A DNA stretch of 64,000 nucleotides from Ptychomitrium polyphyllum. Taxonomy: Eukaryota. Below the pieces are notes generated by a model. The model saw nothing but the letters and a program-made list of their open reading frames with translations, searched no databases and had not been told where the DNA came from. The stretch covers positions 20,088,001-20,152,000 of the forward strand of contig OZ316775.1 in the NCBI GenBank assembly GCA_973851085.1, in the 5' to 3' direction. A program made the translations under genes and the position numbers. Shown in pieces: positions 39,708 through 56,397 of this stretch. Position 1 is the stretch's first letter, and each line of letters opens with the position of its first letter.

Positions 39708-40073
39708 AGGCCGTCCTGTAGGGCTGGCATTGCGGAGACGCAGCGATGGCGACCATGGAGGGTGCTTCATGAAAGCCTGGCTATGGGGACGGTGGGAGGC
39801 ACTGCAGCCTGCAGCGAAGGAACCTCCGTCTGCGGTGAACGTCGCCGCACTTGTAACGTATTCGGGTTTCCAGCTCTAAACATCAGCATCGCCCTCGATG
39901 GACTTGCTACGCGTTGCTGCCGTAGCGTAGTTGCTGCAAAGTACCTCACAAGGCAACCATGGCCCTGATGCCAACCAGCTTCTCCACAACACCTCATACG
40001 TCTTGTGAGTTTCAGTCTAGAGCATCATCGCAAGTCAACTTCAAACTTTCGTCCAGAGTTTCTGCGCACGGTC

Positions 40074-41991
40074 ATGGCAGCGGCCATGTGTTCTCAGGCG
40101 CCGCTGTCTTGTACCGAGTCCGCGTGCGTCCGGATTCCAGCAGCTCAAGGTACGTATGTGGGTCCAAAGAACCTCTTACATGATTCAAGCTCTGGTTACA
40201 GGTGAATTGAGGCATGGGTTGAGTTCTTGGGATGGTCAGGGATATAACATTTATAGGAAGATGGATGTGGAGTTTGCAGTTTTGGGTCTTTTGGAGGTCA
40301 ATCGTGGAGCTCTTTGCGTCGAGATGTAGTTTTGGATACCGAAACCTAATTTGACGGGAAATGTTATGCTAGAAGCCTCATTGTTGTGGATGCGGTATGG
40401 TGATTGCGCGGGCGTTTCTTTAGTTAAATAGGAATGGTTTAGCTATTGGATGTTGTTATGTAAGGAGATGTAGTATAGCTTTTGGAGATGTGTTTCTTGT
40501 TGATCTGGGGAGTGGTTGTGTGGGATAGATCTGTGTTTTGGTTAGATTTTGGGATGGTTCTTAGGATGTTTTTATGTTAGCTTTGTTTTGCTGATCTGTT
40601 GTAGCTCTAGTCATGTGATAAATTAGTGGATGATGTACTCAACTTCTGAAGGCCTTGCACTTTGTTGTTGGGTAGAGTGAAATCTTGCGCCGATATCGAA
40701 CAGAAGTCGGCAGCTGATGATGTTTGTTCAAGTGCTTCCGATTCACACTGTGCAGGTTTTGTAGACCGGTTCAGCTCCTGTAGAGAGGTAAATCGCTAAC
40801 GACAGTCCGTTTGCACATCACTCATGTGTCGCTAGTCGTGGTTGCACCTCAAGACTGTTCTTCCTGCTGGTCGCAACGGTGTAAGCCCTCGCTTTCACAC
40901 TGAACGCTCTACTAAGAACGCGAGTTCCGTGCAGCTACCCTTAGGATCCAACTCTCGCCAGGGACGTACCAGGACGGTGAGAAGCGTTTTCAGGTGCAGC
41001 TGCACATCACGTGAAACTCACGACACTGTAGGCCATGGAGGTGAGACATTCGAAACCAGAAATCTTTTCTGATACCTGTTCATTGTCGCAGCGATCATTA
41101 TTTTGTGGAAGTAGTGTCAGTGATCATCAGTTCCTGTCCAAGCACCTTGTTTACGAAGCGAATCTGTAGGTTTCACTCATTTCTCTGCAGCCGGCTCTCA
41201 GTCGTGTCCTAGCCCTATGGATTTGTGTGGTCATGCCAATCCGAACTATGACCGGTGTTTTTATGACAGTTCTCTAGGCTCTTTTTTTTCGTGCATTGTG
41301 CCCTCATTGTTGTTGAGATAAGCTCTCAATTTGTTATGTTTGGCACAGATTCAGCAAAGGATGCGGATGAAAATCCACCAACTGGTGGGGTTGCAATAGC
41401 TATCAAGATCCTTCGATTCTACAAACGTGAGTTCCTCCTGCAATTCCAACTTCCATGCATTGACCTCTTATCTGGGCAACTCAATTGGCCTTTCTTTTTC
41501 TTTCTTTCTAAAGGAGGGGGGAAAGGACCGTGAGCGTATCATATATCTGCCCATTTTCCGAGAGCCTAATAATGTCCATTGCCCATGTTTTGCAGGGGAA
41601 ATTTCTCCTCTACTCCCTGGTAGCTGCCGCTTCGTCCCAACTTGTAGTGAGTACGGAATGCAAGCTTTTAAGGAATACGGCGTTATCAAGGGTGCCATTT
41701 TGACAGCTTGGCGTCTGTCTCGCTGCAATCCTTTGGGTGCGGGAATATTGACAGCTTCTGATATTCCCATCCCATTCTTCTATATTCCAGTAGTCTTCTG
41801 CATACATAAATCACTGTCATTGTTATCCCTGTATGCAATCAATGAATCGATTGATTAACCCGCTGGGTCTCCTACACTCCCGACTGCCCCTAACTCTTCT
41901 GTAAAATTGGCTGTCTGGTCATTTGTTGGCAGGCGGAAGTGGTTTCGATCCACCCCGATGGTTTGATGAGCCAAGGCCGCCTCCATATTGA
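40074..41991 (+). CDS. YidD-like membrane protein insertion efficiency factor (UPF0161/haemolytic domain), probably organellar; 5' exons uncertain
   Basis: Spliced core AIKILRFYKR|EISPLLPGSCRFVPTCSEYGMQAFKEYGVIKGAILTAWRLSRCNPLG|GSGFDPPRWF is the YidD signature (CRFxPTCSxY, RCNP, GFDPP). The transit-peptide exons (40074-40149, 40756-41040) are tentative. Confidence 0.8.
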
Positions 41992-43440
41992 TGAGTGATG
42001 CAACGCGGGAATCGTTCCAGTCTTGTTGGAAGAAGCTTCCTCCATGAGCAATTTACACTAGCTACAATTGTCCGGCTTATCCCTGAGGCTAAAAGATTTG
42101 CTTTAGAGGTACCAAATTCAGAAGATGAGGTTCAGTAAGATGTGTACGATTATATTCTCCAGTGTCGATGTAACATTAAGAACATTTGATTATTTCGGTT
42201 GTGTTGGATTCGAATCTCAAAATTGGCTTCTATTCATTGGACTATGGTTGATACATCACAGGTACTATGATAGGTGCTATGCTAGGGTTTTAAACGAACA
42301 CACACGGGGCTGACGATGTAAAACACTGAATAGTGAATTGGTAAATTTATGTGAAAGAGTTTGTAAATACTCCTGTAGTAAAATAAATCTGTTAAGATGT
42401 CCTGCGAACAAAGCAAAAGTGGATCTAGTGCATGGCTGTGATTGAAAGTATATGTACAAATGGTTGTTTAGACTATTGGGAATTTTTATCAAATTGGCAG
42501 AATCTTCTGTTGAGCGCTAAGTGTCAAGAGAGGATATCTGCAGAAACTTTCTCGGGAGAGGCTTGCACGTTACAACATGGACCATTGGAGGTCATACGGA
42601 ATCCTCTAGTATCCAAGTCTCATCTCTCCAACTCAAGCCTAATGCAGGTCCGGAAACTTTCCCACAGTAGCTCATTCGCTTTATTCTCTGACCCGCATCA
42701 GCTGTCAGATAATGTATGTGCGGAGTGTGTTATGACTCGGTACAAGGGACTGGTGAGTAGAGTAAATCAGCGACGTATGTGGCCGTATGACTTGCTTGTC
42801 CGGAACTCACAGCACACGTCAGTTTCATGAATTCCCTTTGGAAAGTTTTTGTGCGTGAAGACTGTAGAAGCACTTTTTGGCAAGTTTGACCTCTTGCCTG
42901 TCCGGATATTATTGGTATTTCTAGCAAGGAAATAATAGTACAATTTCCTGCATAAATGGAGATTTAGTCCAGGTGAGAGCTGTGAGTAGTCAGGAGACTA
43001 TTCGGCCATTATGCTGCAGTTACAACGTATTTGAAAGGCTTGTCATTACATAACAATTCATTCAGTAGAGCAAATTCCTTGACAAAAGTTTCGGAGAAGC
43101 ATATTCTAAACGACCGCACAGTGAGGTCATGTGCGCAGTCACAAAGTTTAGAGCCGTGCGCACGGCGGCTCTGCATGTGATTTGGGGCATGTTTAGTTTG
43201 AGCGAACTTGACAGCTACCAGACGTAAGTCATTGGCTTGAACGTGCTTTTGAGCATTAATCAATCTACCTGTTGCTGGAAATTTATATACTCTGATCGAA
43301 GCACACTCTCAAGTTATATTGTCACGGTTTACTTCCTCGACTGGTTTCCAGCAATTGGGGATCGAGATGCGAAGCCCTTCAGGAATTTCAGCCATAGCAT
43401 TGACAGCTGCGAGAGCAGCATCTGGATGGGGCCAGCAGCA

Positions 43441-44939
<1,499 letters not shown>

Positions 44940-47210
44940 ATTTTGAAACTGGTCTCAAGCATCAAACGTCAGTGTTAGATTTCCAAATCGAAAGAGCAAC
45001 CAGTTTTAGTAAATCCTCCATGACCTAGCGAAAATATTCTATGCCTATTGACGGTCCTATTCCTCATCCGAACCACAGTTGCCAACCTTACACTAAATAC
45101 ATGTATATATGCACTTAAAATTGTTCAAGCTGAAGCGAAACTGCAGAAATCTGCTAATATGGGGCCTAGGCTTGAGGATGTAATTTTAAGATTTTGATAC
45201 AATCACATCAGGATGGAAGGTGAACGCTCAAGAGCAGGGAAACCAGAGCCAGGTATGAAGAAGGATTCAAGGCCTAGCTAGCTTCATCGTTTCAAACACC
45301 GAATGCATACATAAAAGATGTGATTTCATACATTGACGTGGACAGGGGTCCAAAGTATTGTAAATTCTATGTAAATTGGTTGACAAACCACCGTACATGT
45401 CATTTAACATCTGAAATTAGTTATCAGCCGCTTCCACCCAAATGGTTTGTGCTTGCTCTTTGAAATTTCTGAAAGAATTGAAGACCAATAAGGGCGTGCG
45501 AGATGGAAAGAACTATTTTTCTACATCGTATCCTCAGAACAAGCTCGTAACACAGCTTCACACTCTTCATAACTTGCTGCAATCATTGTTATTCATACAA
45601 AATTCTTCACATCGTCTGACATATATATTTATCTCAACTGGGAACACTTTATGACCAGATCTCAGACGATAAGAAGAATTAGATGTGAAGCTCGTTGACT
45701 TTGTCGCACGCCTGACTCTCAAGGCTAAAATTTATCTTGAATTTTGCTTTACACACGTCCTTTAACTACCAGATAAGCAACATTTTCCCACCTGAGTACC
45801 TGTGCTCCCCCTACGCTTAAATTTCTTTCCAACATCCTCGAACAAAGGGCGAGACATTCTTCTCCCTATCTCAGAAGTAGAATACATGTAGAGAGAAGTG
45901 TGCCCTGAAAAGTGAAGGAAAGTCGAAACTGAAACCTCGTTTTCTGAAATAGGAGTAGGGACACAAAAGACGGGTCAGAATGCTCCATAATCGTATTAAC
46001 TCTCCACTCTAACTGCACTCAAGAGCTGCTTCAAGTTCTGATTACCAACCCAAGTAACGAAAGGGATTGACTTTCTTCCCCTACACGAAACGCACTCTGA
46101 TACTTCCCACACCTAATTGCCATCCAAAAGAGTCCCCCTCATCTTCGTTGTTCCGCTTCTTTTGCTTCCATAAATTAAACAATAGAAAATCCCATCCATG
46201 TCCACTGTAAAAGCCGTGATCCCCACTCTGGAGTGGATGGAACCAAAACAATTTGTCTGCATTTCTGACACTTCAATTCCACTACGTATATGACCTACAT
46301 GGATTCGAAACTTGCAGCTCAAGGTTTGGGTCTGCCAGATACAAATATCCCATGAATCAAGGTGGAAGAGGAGGAGGTTCTGGCACTAGTGTTCTTTGCT
46401 GTGGAGACGACATATCGTTGGTGGGGTGGTGGAGGTTTGTAGGGAGGGAAGTTGAACGAGATCATTTCGTGCACTTGGAGGAACTTGTCCGAGCTCAGAT
46501 TGGAATCCTTTCGCAGGATCTGCTGGATGTGGCTGCGATTTTCCAATCTGGAACGAGACGCATCTGCTTTCAGATCTTTGGCGTGCGACAAGCTCAGGCC
46601 CTCCTGCTCAAGACGCTGTCTCCCACGAAGTCGAGATCGAGGCCACAGCTTCGGGTGAGTAACTTTCCATCCCATACCACTAGGTCGGTAAACAGGAGAT
46701 GCGCGACCCGCATCTCCCGGAGTTCCCATCTGGGTCCGAAACTCTACGCTCTGGCCGAGTGTGTACCGGAGCGCAGTGCACCCTGTGGAACAGAGAGGAA
46801 GATCGGAATGTCGATCACATCAGGGCGGAATACCAGCTGGTAGACAAGTTGGAGTGCAAAGGCGTTTGCACGAACATCCGTCGAAGCGTCGGAGTTCCAT
46901 TTACAGAACTCCTCACAGATCTGGTAGATCCCAGAGAAGGCAGCTGATATGATGCTGATTACCTCACCAGATACGTCACAACAAGTCCATCCTGTAGTGA
47001 AGCCCAGTTCTTGCATTCTGCATCGCCATAGCTAGCTTGTAGCACCGCCTCGTAATGCAAACGAGATTCGATTCCAGTGAATGGGTGTGGTCATAGCTAG
47101 TTGTGTCGCTTCCGAACATAATCCAATGCCAATGCAGGTAACCTGGAGGAACCCGGGGAGCGAAGCACAGTCTAGTGGAGAGTAACGTCAGTACTTGGGC
47201 AACAGGCTCG

Positions 47211-48407
47211 ATGGCAGCTACACCGCGCATTGCCATCGTCGGCGGCGGTCCAGCAGGGCTCACATGTGCGCGCATCCTCCAGCTTCACGGCCTGCACGCC
47301 ACCATCTACGAGTACGAAACATCGGCGGAATCGCGGTCGCAGGGTGGATCCCTGGACCTTCACGCCGACTCAGGGATGCTGGCAATGATTGCGGCCGGTC
47401 TGGAAGAACAGTTCAATGCGAAAGCGAGGCCGGAGGGGGATCAGGTTCGTATTCTGGACAAGGATGGACATGTGTTTCTCGACATCCAACCGGACCATAA
47501 GGAAGAGGGCGTGGAGCAGCGGCCGGAGATTGATAGGTCGCAGCTCCGGGAGATCTTCGTGGAATCGCTGGACGAAGGGACGATCCAGTGGGGCAGGAAG
47601 CTTGTGAAGGTGGACGCAGATTCCGGGAAGCGCACGCTGGTCTTCGAGGATGGAGAGAGGGAGGAAGCGGATGTAGTCATTGGAGCAGACGGTGCGTGGT
47701 CCAAGGTGCGACCGCTCCTCTCCGACATGGCCCCCGCGTATGCTGGCGTTACCTTCGTCGATTGCGTCATTGAAAACGTAGACGACCGTTTTCCGAAGCT
47801 GGCTGCGCTTTGTGGGCATGGCCTCTGCCTTATGCTATCTCCAGAGAGAGGGATCATCGTGCAGCGCAATGCAAACGGGAGAATTTGGGTCTACGTTGTG
47901 GTGAACGTGGAGGAAGGGTGGGCGAAAGAGGAATTTGCTGAAGCTGCCCGTGGCGGACCCGAGAGCACGCGGCGGTTGTTGTTGAGCTTCTTCGAGGGGT
48001 GGAATCCGGAGCTTCTCGACTTCATCCACCACTGCGATAACGATCCCATGTGGGCGCGCCCAATCTATGCACTGCCAGTCGACCATAGCTGGGGCCCTAG
48101 ACGAGGCGTTACTCTGGTGGGTGATGCCGCCCATGTCATGTCCCCTTTCGCTGGCGAAGGAGTTAACATCGCTATGCTTGACGCGCTGCAACTCGCCAAG
48201 GCGCTTGCAGAAGCATGGAAAGAAAATGCATCGGTTGAGTCCCTCTGTGACGCCGTTCCTGCATTCGAACAAACCATGTTCAAGCGCGCACAGAAGTCCT
48301 GTAGCTTTTCTGCCGAAAACCAGATTCTTGCGTTCAATGAGAGAGCACCGCACGATTTTTTGGAGATGCTGGTAGCAACTATGGCCGGTAGTGGACCTCC
48401 TCAGTAA
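47211..48407 (+). CDS. Intronless group A FAD-dependent monooxygenase, TetX-like
   Basis: IAIVGGGPAGLT Rossmann motif, RSQGGSLDLH, RPEIDRSQLR, VIGADGAWSKVR (DG motif) and LVGDAAHVMSPFAGEGVN (GD motif). Intact ORF of about 398 aa from the ATG at 47211. Confidence 0.9.
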   Translation: MAATPRIAIVGGGPAGLTCARILQLHGLHATIYEYETSAESRSQGGSLDLHADSGMLAMIAAGLEEQFNAKARPEGDQVRILDKDGHVFLDIQPDHKEEGVEQRPEIDRSQLREIFVESLDEGTIQWGRKLVKVDADSGKRTLVFEDGEREEADVVIGADGAWSKVRPLLSDMAPAYAGVTFVDCVIENVDDRFPKLAALCGHGLCLMLSPERGIIVQRNANGRIWVYVVVNVEEGWAKEEFAEAARGGPESTRRLLLSFFEGWNPELLDFIHHCDNDPMWARPIYALPVDHSWGPRRGVTLVGDAAHVMSPFAGEGVNIAMLDALQLAKALAEAWKENASVESLCDAVPAFEQTMFKRAQKSCSFSAENQILAFNERAPHDFLEMLVATMAGSGPPQ

Positions 48408-49444
48408 GGTCTACAATTCAGTGTATATTGAATTCCTCGATGGGTGTACTGTAAAAAAATGGATATATGCATTTGAGGTTTTAGTTGAAATTTTCTTTTG
48501 TTTTTATCACTTTCAGGTTTCCAGTATCTCCTGGAGGTTTGGTATGTCTGGGCCTCGCATTTTCCTTAGATTCTGTGGCGCTTAAGCTTTTGGCTGACTT
48601 GAATTAGTTCTCAATGACCTATTCATGCGCTGTGGTCCGAGATATAGCGCGATGCTTTTTGTATCTGATCATACACATCGGTCACTTCGTATGATATGAT
48701 GGACTGTGCGAGGAGTATCTGCCTATCGAATCTTATGTCAACCGTGTCCTTGGGTGGCTCTCTAATGATGGCTTTATTCAATAGTTTCTGATCTGTCGAG
48801 TTAGCAAATGCAACGTACTCCGTGTGGTGTCCAAAAAGTATCATATAACATTTCCTTGAAGAGCCACTGCAGCCATTAGTGATACTGCTACTGCAGTGTC
48901 TCTCTCACACCAGGGGCATCACAAACGACGTGAACAAAACATTTGGTTGGCGCTATGCGCATTACTGAGCTATAGTCATAGCTCTTTCTGTGAGAGCTTT
49001 GAAGCATGAGGTGGTTCTAGAGATTTTGTATGAGATTTGGCTCACGAAATAAACCCTTTCAAATAAGGAGACAACCTGGTTAATCAATCTAGCATTCAAT
49101 TTCAACGTTCATCTCGTCATGATAACTAATTTGCGACCAGATTTAGATTGTGTTCGTTTACTGCACAACAAGCTTCTACTGTTCAAATCTACTATTCAAA
49201 ACATCTCTGTGCCTCGGCCTGGACACTGTGTCTCCTGAATAAGCCACGAATACAAATAACTTGACATGCACCATTGCCCGTGAGCTTAGGATTAGTTGGC
49301 TGAGGAATTAGAAAAAGCGACCTCGCTCTGGTACGAAACCTAGGATCAGATATTCGCCGAGCAGATGCGTAATTTTGAGTGGATGTGGTCGTGAGGAACT
49401 CCTTCCATATTTTGACTTAATCTCTCTGCAGGTCGTGTAATTTC

Positions 49445-51446
49445 TCAGTGCGAGTAGGACTTCCAAAAAAAGATGCCAAGACCATCGGCAATTGGATGGT
49501 TGCCCTCTGGATCAGGAGAGCTGCCGTGAAAATTCCCACGCTCACTGCGAGCGTTAGTTGCGAATTTCAAGCTTGGCAAGTGCAACCCTTGCTCTTGCTC
49601 TTCCGCAGTCCATTCGGAGACATAGTAGTCTTCCTCAGAGATGGACTTGGAGGCAGGAATAAACATTCCACCCCACTGAGGGAACCGCACCAGGGCTACA
49701 AGTGAGGTGCAGCAGAGGATCATGATACCCATGTACACAAGACCCATTTCGGTCTCATTAGAGGACGATGTGAAAAAGAGGAACTGTGTCAGCACAGAGC
49801 CCGTGTTTCCTCCCGCTGCGGTCATGCCAATGACTAGGCCAAGAGATCTTCTGGAGATAAAAGGGATAACTCCGAAAGTAGCGCCGCAGGCAGCCTGGAC
49901 GAAAATAGAGAAGAAAATCATGGAGAAGATGGCGCCAGTTAGGCTGTTCATCTTGCCTAGGACGATGCACAGAAGGCCGCCAATGGATTGGAGGATCCAC
50001 AAATTCCACAAGCGGCCTCGCATTCCAAAACGACGCGCAACAGTGTCGGAGATGTATCCACCTGCTGGACGGGAGAAGAAGTTCATTAGTCCTGAGGCGG
50101 ATGCGATGAGTCCAGCGGTTTTGAGGTTCAAATCGAAGCGGTCGTAGAAATACTCAGCAATGATGTTGTCAACTGTCAGCTCCACCCCGAAGCTGTAACC
50201 ATAGAGGATGAAAAATATCCATGTTCTGGGACTTGTTACTGCGAAATACAATACCTGCCATGTTGGACATTGGGGTGAATATCAATACTCTGTTCCTTTC
50301 AGTTTTCCTTTTCGGCAATCTCGTAAAACAGATGCAAGCGAATTTTGTATCTGATGATGGCATTGTAGATGTCCCAAAGAAAGGTGAAAGGAATGGCGTA
50401 ATCCTGTACCTTCATGAATCTTTCCTTAATATCGCCGTGTTTTGGGTCTTGCACATGCATTCCGTTGGGAAGATCTTGACCAAGACATAGAACTAGTAGT
50501 CCCATAATGACGTGCATCGTTCCAGGTAAGAAGAAAGCAATGCGCCAAGCTGAGAATGGTGGCTGATGAAAGCTGGCAATTCACAGACGATCAAAGAGAT
50601 TACAGTTGTTTGTCAAGAATCTACGAGAAACGTGATAAGTTGGGTAATATTTGAGAAAGACATATTTTATATTACATTGCAAAGATATTGTGAGATCAGA
50701 GATTTAACGACATACCTATCGTGAATCAAGTGAAAAATTAGGGGCATCATGATTTGAGTAGCTCCACCACCGAGATTACCCCAGCCGGCAGCAAGCCCGT
50801 TAGCAGTGCCGAGAATGTTGGAGTTGAACATGGAGCTCACCCAGTATTCGCAAGAAACGAACGTAGCAAGAGAAAAACCGATGAAGAACCGGCAGATCAA
50901 GAAGCCCTCGGCGTCATCAACCAGCGCCATGGAGAACACGGCTGGTGCATTTATCATGATCAGGAATGCAGAGCCGTATCGCGGCCCCACGAGATCGCAC
51001 ACGGTTCCCATCATGAGCCGAGACATGATGGAACCTGCAAAGTCACACACCATTTTCCAGTTATTAGAGGCAAAGCTCATCAACATAGAATATTCAAAGG
51101 ATCCGCTGAAGCCGCCTCAGTATATGACTTTAATGCGACAATATTCCAAAGCTCAAACTTAGGCGATATGTGTTTATCATCGAGGCTTACCAGATACTGA
51201 GGCAACGGAAGCTTGCCCAATGTCGGATTTGGTCAGATCTAGATTGTCACGGATAATGGGAATGAGCGGCGGTGCAGCAAAAGTAGACAAGAAACAAGTG
51301 AAAAACGATATCCAGGCAAGATGAAATGACCGCATGTGGGGCTGTGCAAAGCTAAAGATTCTGATTGTCTTGGCCTTGTGCTCCGAATCCACTGGTAGAG
51401 AAAACTCAGATTCCTGTATCGCCTTAGCACTAGTAGTTTCCGCCAT
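49445..51446 (-). CDS. NRT2: High-affinity nitrate transporter, NRT2/NNP family. Exons 51446-51191, 51034-50716, 50572-50410, 50254-49445
   Basis: [38 protein letters not shown], nitrate signature [27 protein letters not shown] and [13 protein letters not shown]. Splice phases are consistent. Confidence 0.97.
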
Positions 51447-51670
51447 GGTGATCTGACCAGTCCAATCTCAGCGAGCTCAAATCTCCACCACCTCGATCGT
51501 AAACTCTCTAATCAGCTCCGCAAGTAGTCATCAAGCTGTGTAACCGTTTCCTGTCTCAGATCAAAATGATCGCTGCTTTGAAAACCTGGCTGTAGCGTCC
51601 TGCAACAATACTCACAAGCTCGACTGCAACTCAAGCTATCCAAACTATCCAGCATCATAACTACACTGGA

Positions 51671-51817
51671 TCTGAAGTGAATCTGGAATCAATCTGAAGT
51701 GAATCTGGAATCAATCTGAAGTGAATCTGGAATCAATCTGAAGTGAATCTGGAATCAATCTGAAGTGAATCTGGAATCAATCTGAAGTGAATCTGGAATC
51801 AATCTGAAGTGAATCTG
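51671..51817. repeat. 22-bp tandem repeat (6 full copies plus 1 partial) upstream of the NRT2 ATG
   Basis: TCTGAAGTGAATCTGGAATCAA at 51671, 51693, 51715, 51737, 51759 and 51781, partial at 51803. Confidence 0.97.
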
Positions 51818-51913
51818 AACGAATTTGAGGCGGATTCGTATGACAGCTGCCCGGGTAAGATGCAAAAACACGCCGCCGATTGTGCCAGTGCGACGATGAC
51901 CCATGCTTTTTTT

Positions 51914-51920
51914 ATTTATA
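51914..51920 (-). promoter_or_regulatory. Candidate TATA box for NRT2
   Basis: TATAAAT on the minus strand, about 470 bp upstream of the ATG, in an AT patch within GC-richer sequence. Confidence 0.45.
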
Positions 51921-53042
51921 ATAGAGGGTACTCAGTTATGCGGCGCCCGGTTGAAGCGAATGTCTCGACGGTTGACTCATAGGCATGCTTAACATTGTAA
52001 GGAATGAGCCTTGAGGACTATGTTTACTCAAACCTTTCACATTTCGGAGATTTAAAGTAGCTTCGTAAGGTGCATCCGACTAACACAAATAGGCAGTGCC
52101 TACCATGATCTCGTCAGCGGTGGTCATGGGGTTAAGGAATAAAAAAATGGTGGTTTAAACTAGTATCGAACTGGTAGTATTGTTAGTATCTAGTCATAAG
52201 CGCGCACCGAGTAGTCCAATAATTTCATATGCTGTAGGATCTTGCCAATGTTACGTCTGGGCCCTGGAAATGGCGCAGGTCATCCAAATCGCAATTCAGG
52301 ACACACAGAAGGTAAGCTTATCTCCATTTCCTCCAAATCTAATCATGAGTGCATCTTGTGACTCATCCAGTTGACAAGATAACTTCTAGGCACAGTAATA
52401 CTTACAAATGTGATTTACTGTCACCTGCGATGTTTGGTCCCCTCGTTTCAGGCTGTGACTTTTCTGCATAGTCATATTTCCTTACAATAAGATGAAACTA
52501 GTTATGCAATGACCTAATAAGATTTAAATATGAATGCTAAGAAGGCCTGGTCAACAACTCCACAGGCTCATGCACCGTAGTTTGAACACTTGGAATATTT
52601 TGGTGCGGAGAGTTAAACGGGATGATGGATACCCGGTTGTACTTTGCCTACTCAAACGCCGGTCAATCAAAGGAAAATGATAAGTGCTCCAGCATGGCAC
52701 CGACCTGACCATAAATTCTTTTCCTCCAAGTGACAGGATTGCCGCTTGCCATGGCAGAGAACCTTCTAGGACTTAACACGAAACAGCACACTTGAAATAG
52801 ACCGTGACAAATCATTCATGCAACAGAGGAAAAGCAACAATATTACAAGACGAGAACATGGAAGAGCACATTGAAGTCGGGAGGTTTGTGTCACTGGTCC
52901 GGACCTTGCCTGGCTGGGATCCCGTCAATTGAGCTTGTATTAGTTTTCTTTCATGCAGGTTTGTAAAGTACAGTACAATATATAGTACAGGTGTAAGAGT
53001 ATCATAATTATATGAAGACCATGGGAAGGGGTTCACGTCATC

Positions 53043-53170
53043 GTCATCCTCAACCTCAACCTCATCCTCATCCTCATCCTCAACCTCATCCTCAACCTCA
53101 TCCTCAACCTCAACCTCATCCTCATCCTCATCCTCATCCTCATCCTCATCCTCATCCTCATCCCCATCCC
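53043..53170. repeat. (CCTCAT/CCTCAA)n hexanucleotide microsatellite
   Basis: About 20 imperfect 6-bp units. These generate the DE-rich and HP-rich ORFs in the track. Confidence 0.95.
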
Positions 53171-54400
53171 CTACAACTATCGATAATCGCACAGACACAG
53201 ACATCACACACGTTGCAAACATCCATCCACCTTCACACCTCTTCTCCTCTTTTACCCTGGCAACAATCGTGTGAGGATGATCCATCACGAACACTCATAA
53301 GAGCCCAAGTGCTTGCTTAATTCTCCACCTCGGTCAATCTCACAAGTGCAGCTAAATCGTCTCTACAGAACCCCAATCTCCTGCCACACCCTCATCACAC
53401 TCAACGGCATACCTCTAGACACTCAAAAGATATATAAGACGTCGTCTTGCAGATCGTAGGGTACAGATTGGCGCGTCTTACCTTCGTGAGCATCGTATCG
53501 TACCACACCTAATTTGACCAGCACACATACGTCCGACACCACGTGCGGGACGACGTGAGCGAATAGAATTACAACACACACTCTGAGCTTCTCTCTAAGC
53601 TCTCGACCCTCGCAGTTGCCACATTTTCTGGCGGAAAAACAGACTTCCATGTACGAATGATAACTGCCAAATGAGCTTAAATGCAAAAGCTCAATTGATC
53701 GACAACATCAAAGTGCATCAAAACATTTGGAAAATTCTCAGAATACTTACTGAACATAATCATTATAGGAAGCAGTCCATCCAGTTTTGGTCCACCGAAA
53801 TAAGAGATAAATCTGCTAAAATCTGTCAACAGGTTGTGAGCATTATGAATCTTTTCAACACAAGCAATTTCCCGTATTGCACTAATCTGCTAGAACGGCA
53901 ATTTACGGACCTTTACATAAATTGTTTTCTATATGCAATCTCAGAAACATCACGATAATATTAAAAGGTATATAATTTCCAGTCATCATACAGCAGACAC
54001 ATGAAACTCCAAAAGTTATTTGGTCTAAGCAATGAATCACCGCTCCAAGAAGACGTATGTAAGGAAACAAGATCCATTTCATGAACGACAAAATTCTGCC
54101 AAGCAAATTTCGTTTCAGTGAAGACAGAATGCGGTGCAACAACAGTAATGAAATTGTGTATTCGTATACTGAAATGCCTACGAAAGAATGCTCACGTATA
54201 GAATCATCTATCGACACAACCAGTGACTTCGATACCCTTGCCTCTCTGGCCACTTGTGACAAGATCTAACTGACAAAACCAAAGACTTCTCAGCGTCATA
54301 GAGCCGAAATTGATCACCAACTGGGTCGAGCTTTCCAGAGATTCATTACAGAGGATTCTAAACTCAAATACGATCATAGTAATGGACTTAATGCCCTGCT

Positions 54401-56381
<1,981 letters not shown>

Positions 56382-56397
56382 CTAAGCCTTCGCTGCC

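Noticed and set aside
52812..53320. Acidic DE-rich and HP-rich ORFs
   Set aside because: Both are by-products of a hexanucleotide microsatellite, with no other coding support.
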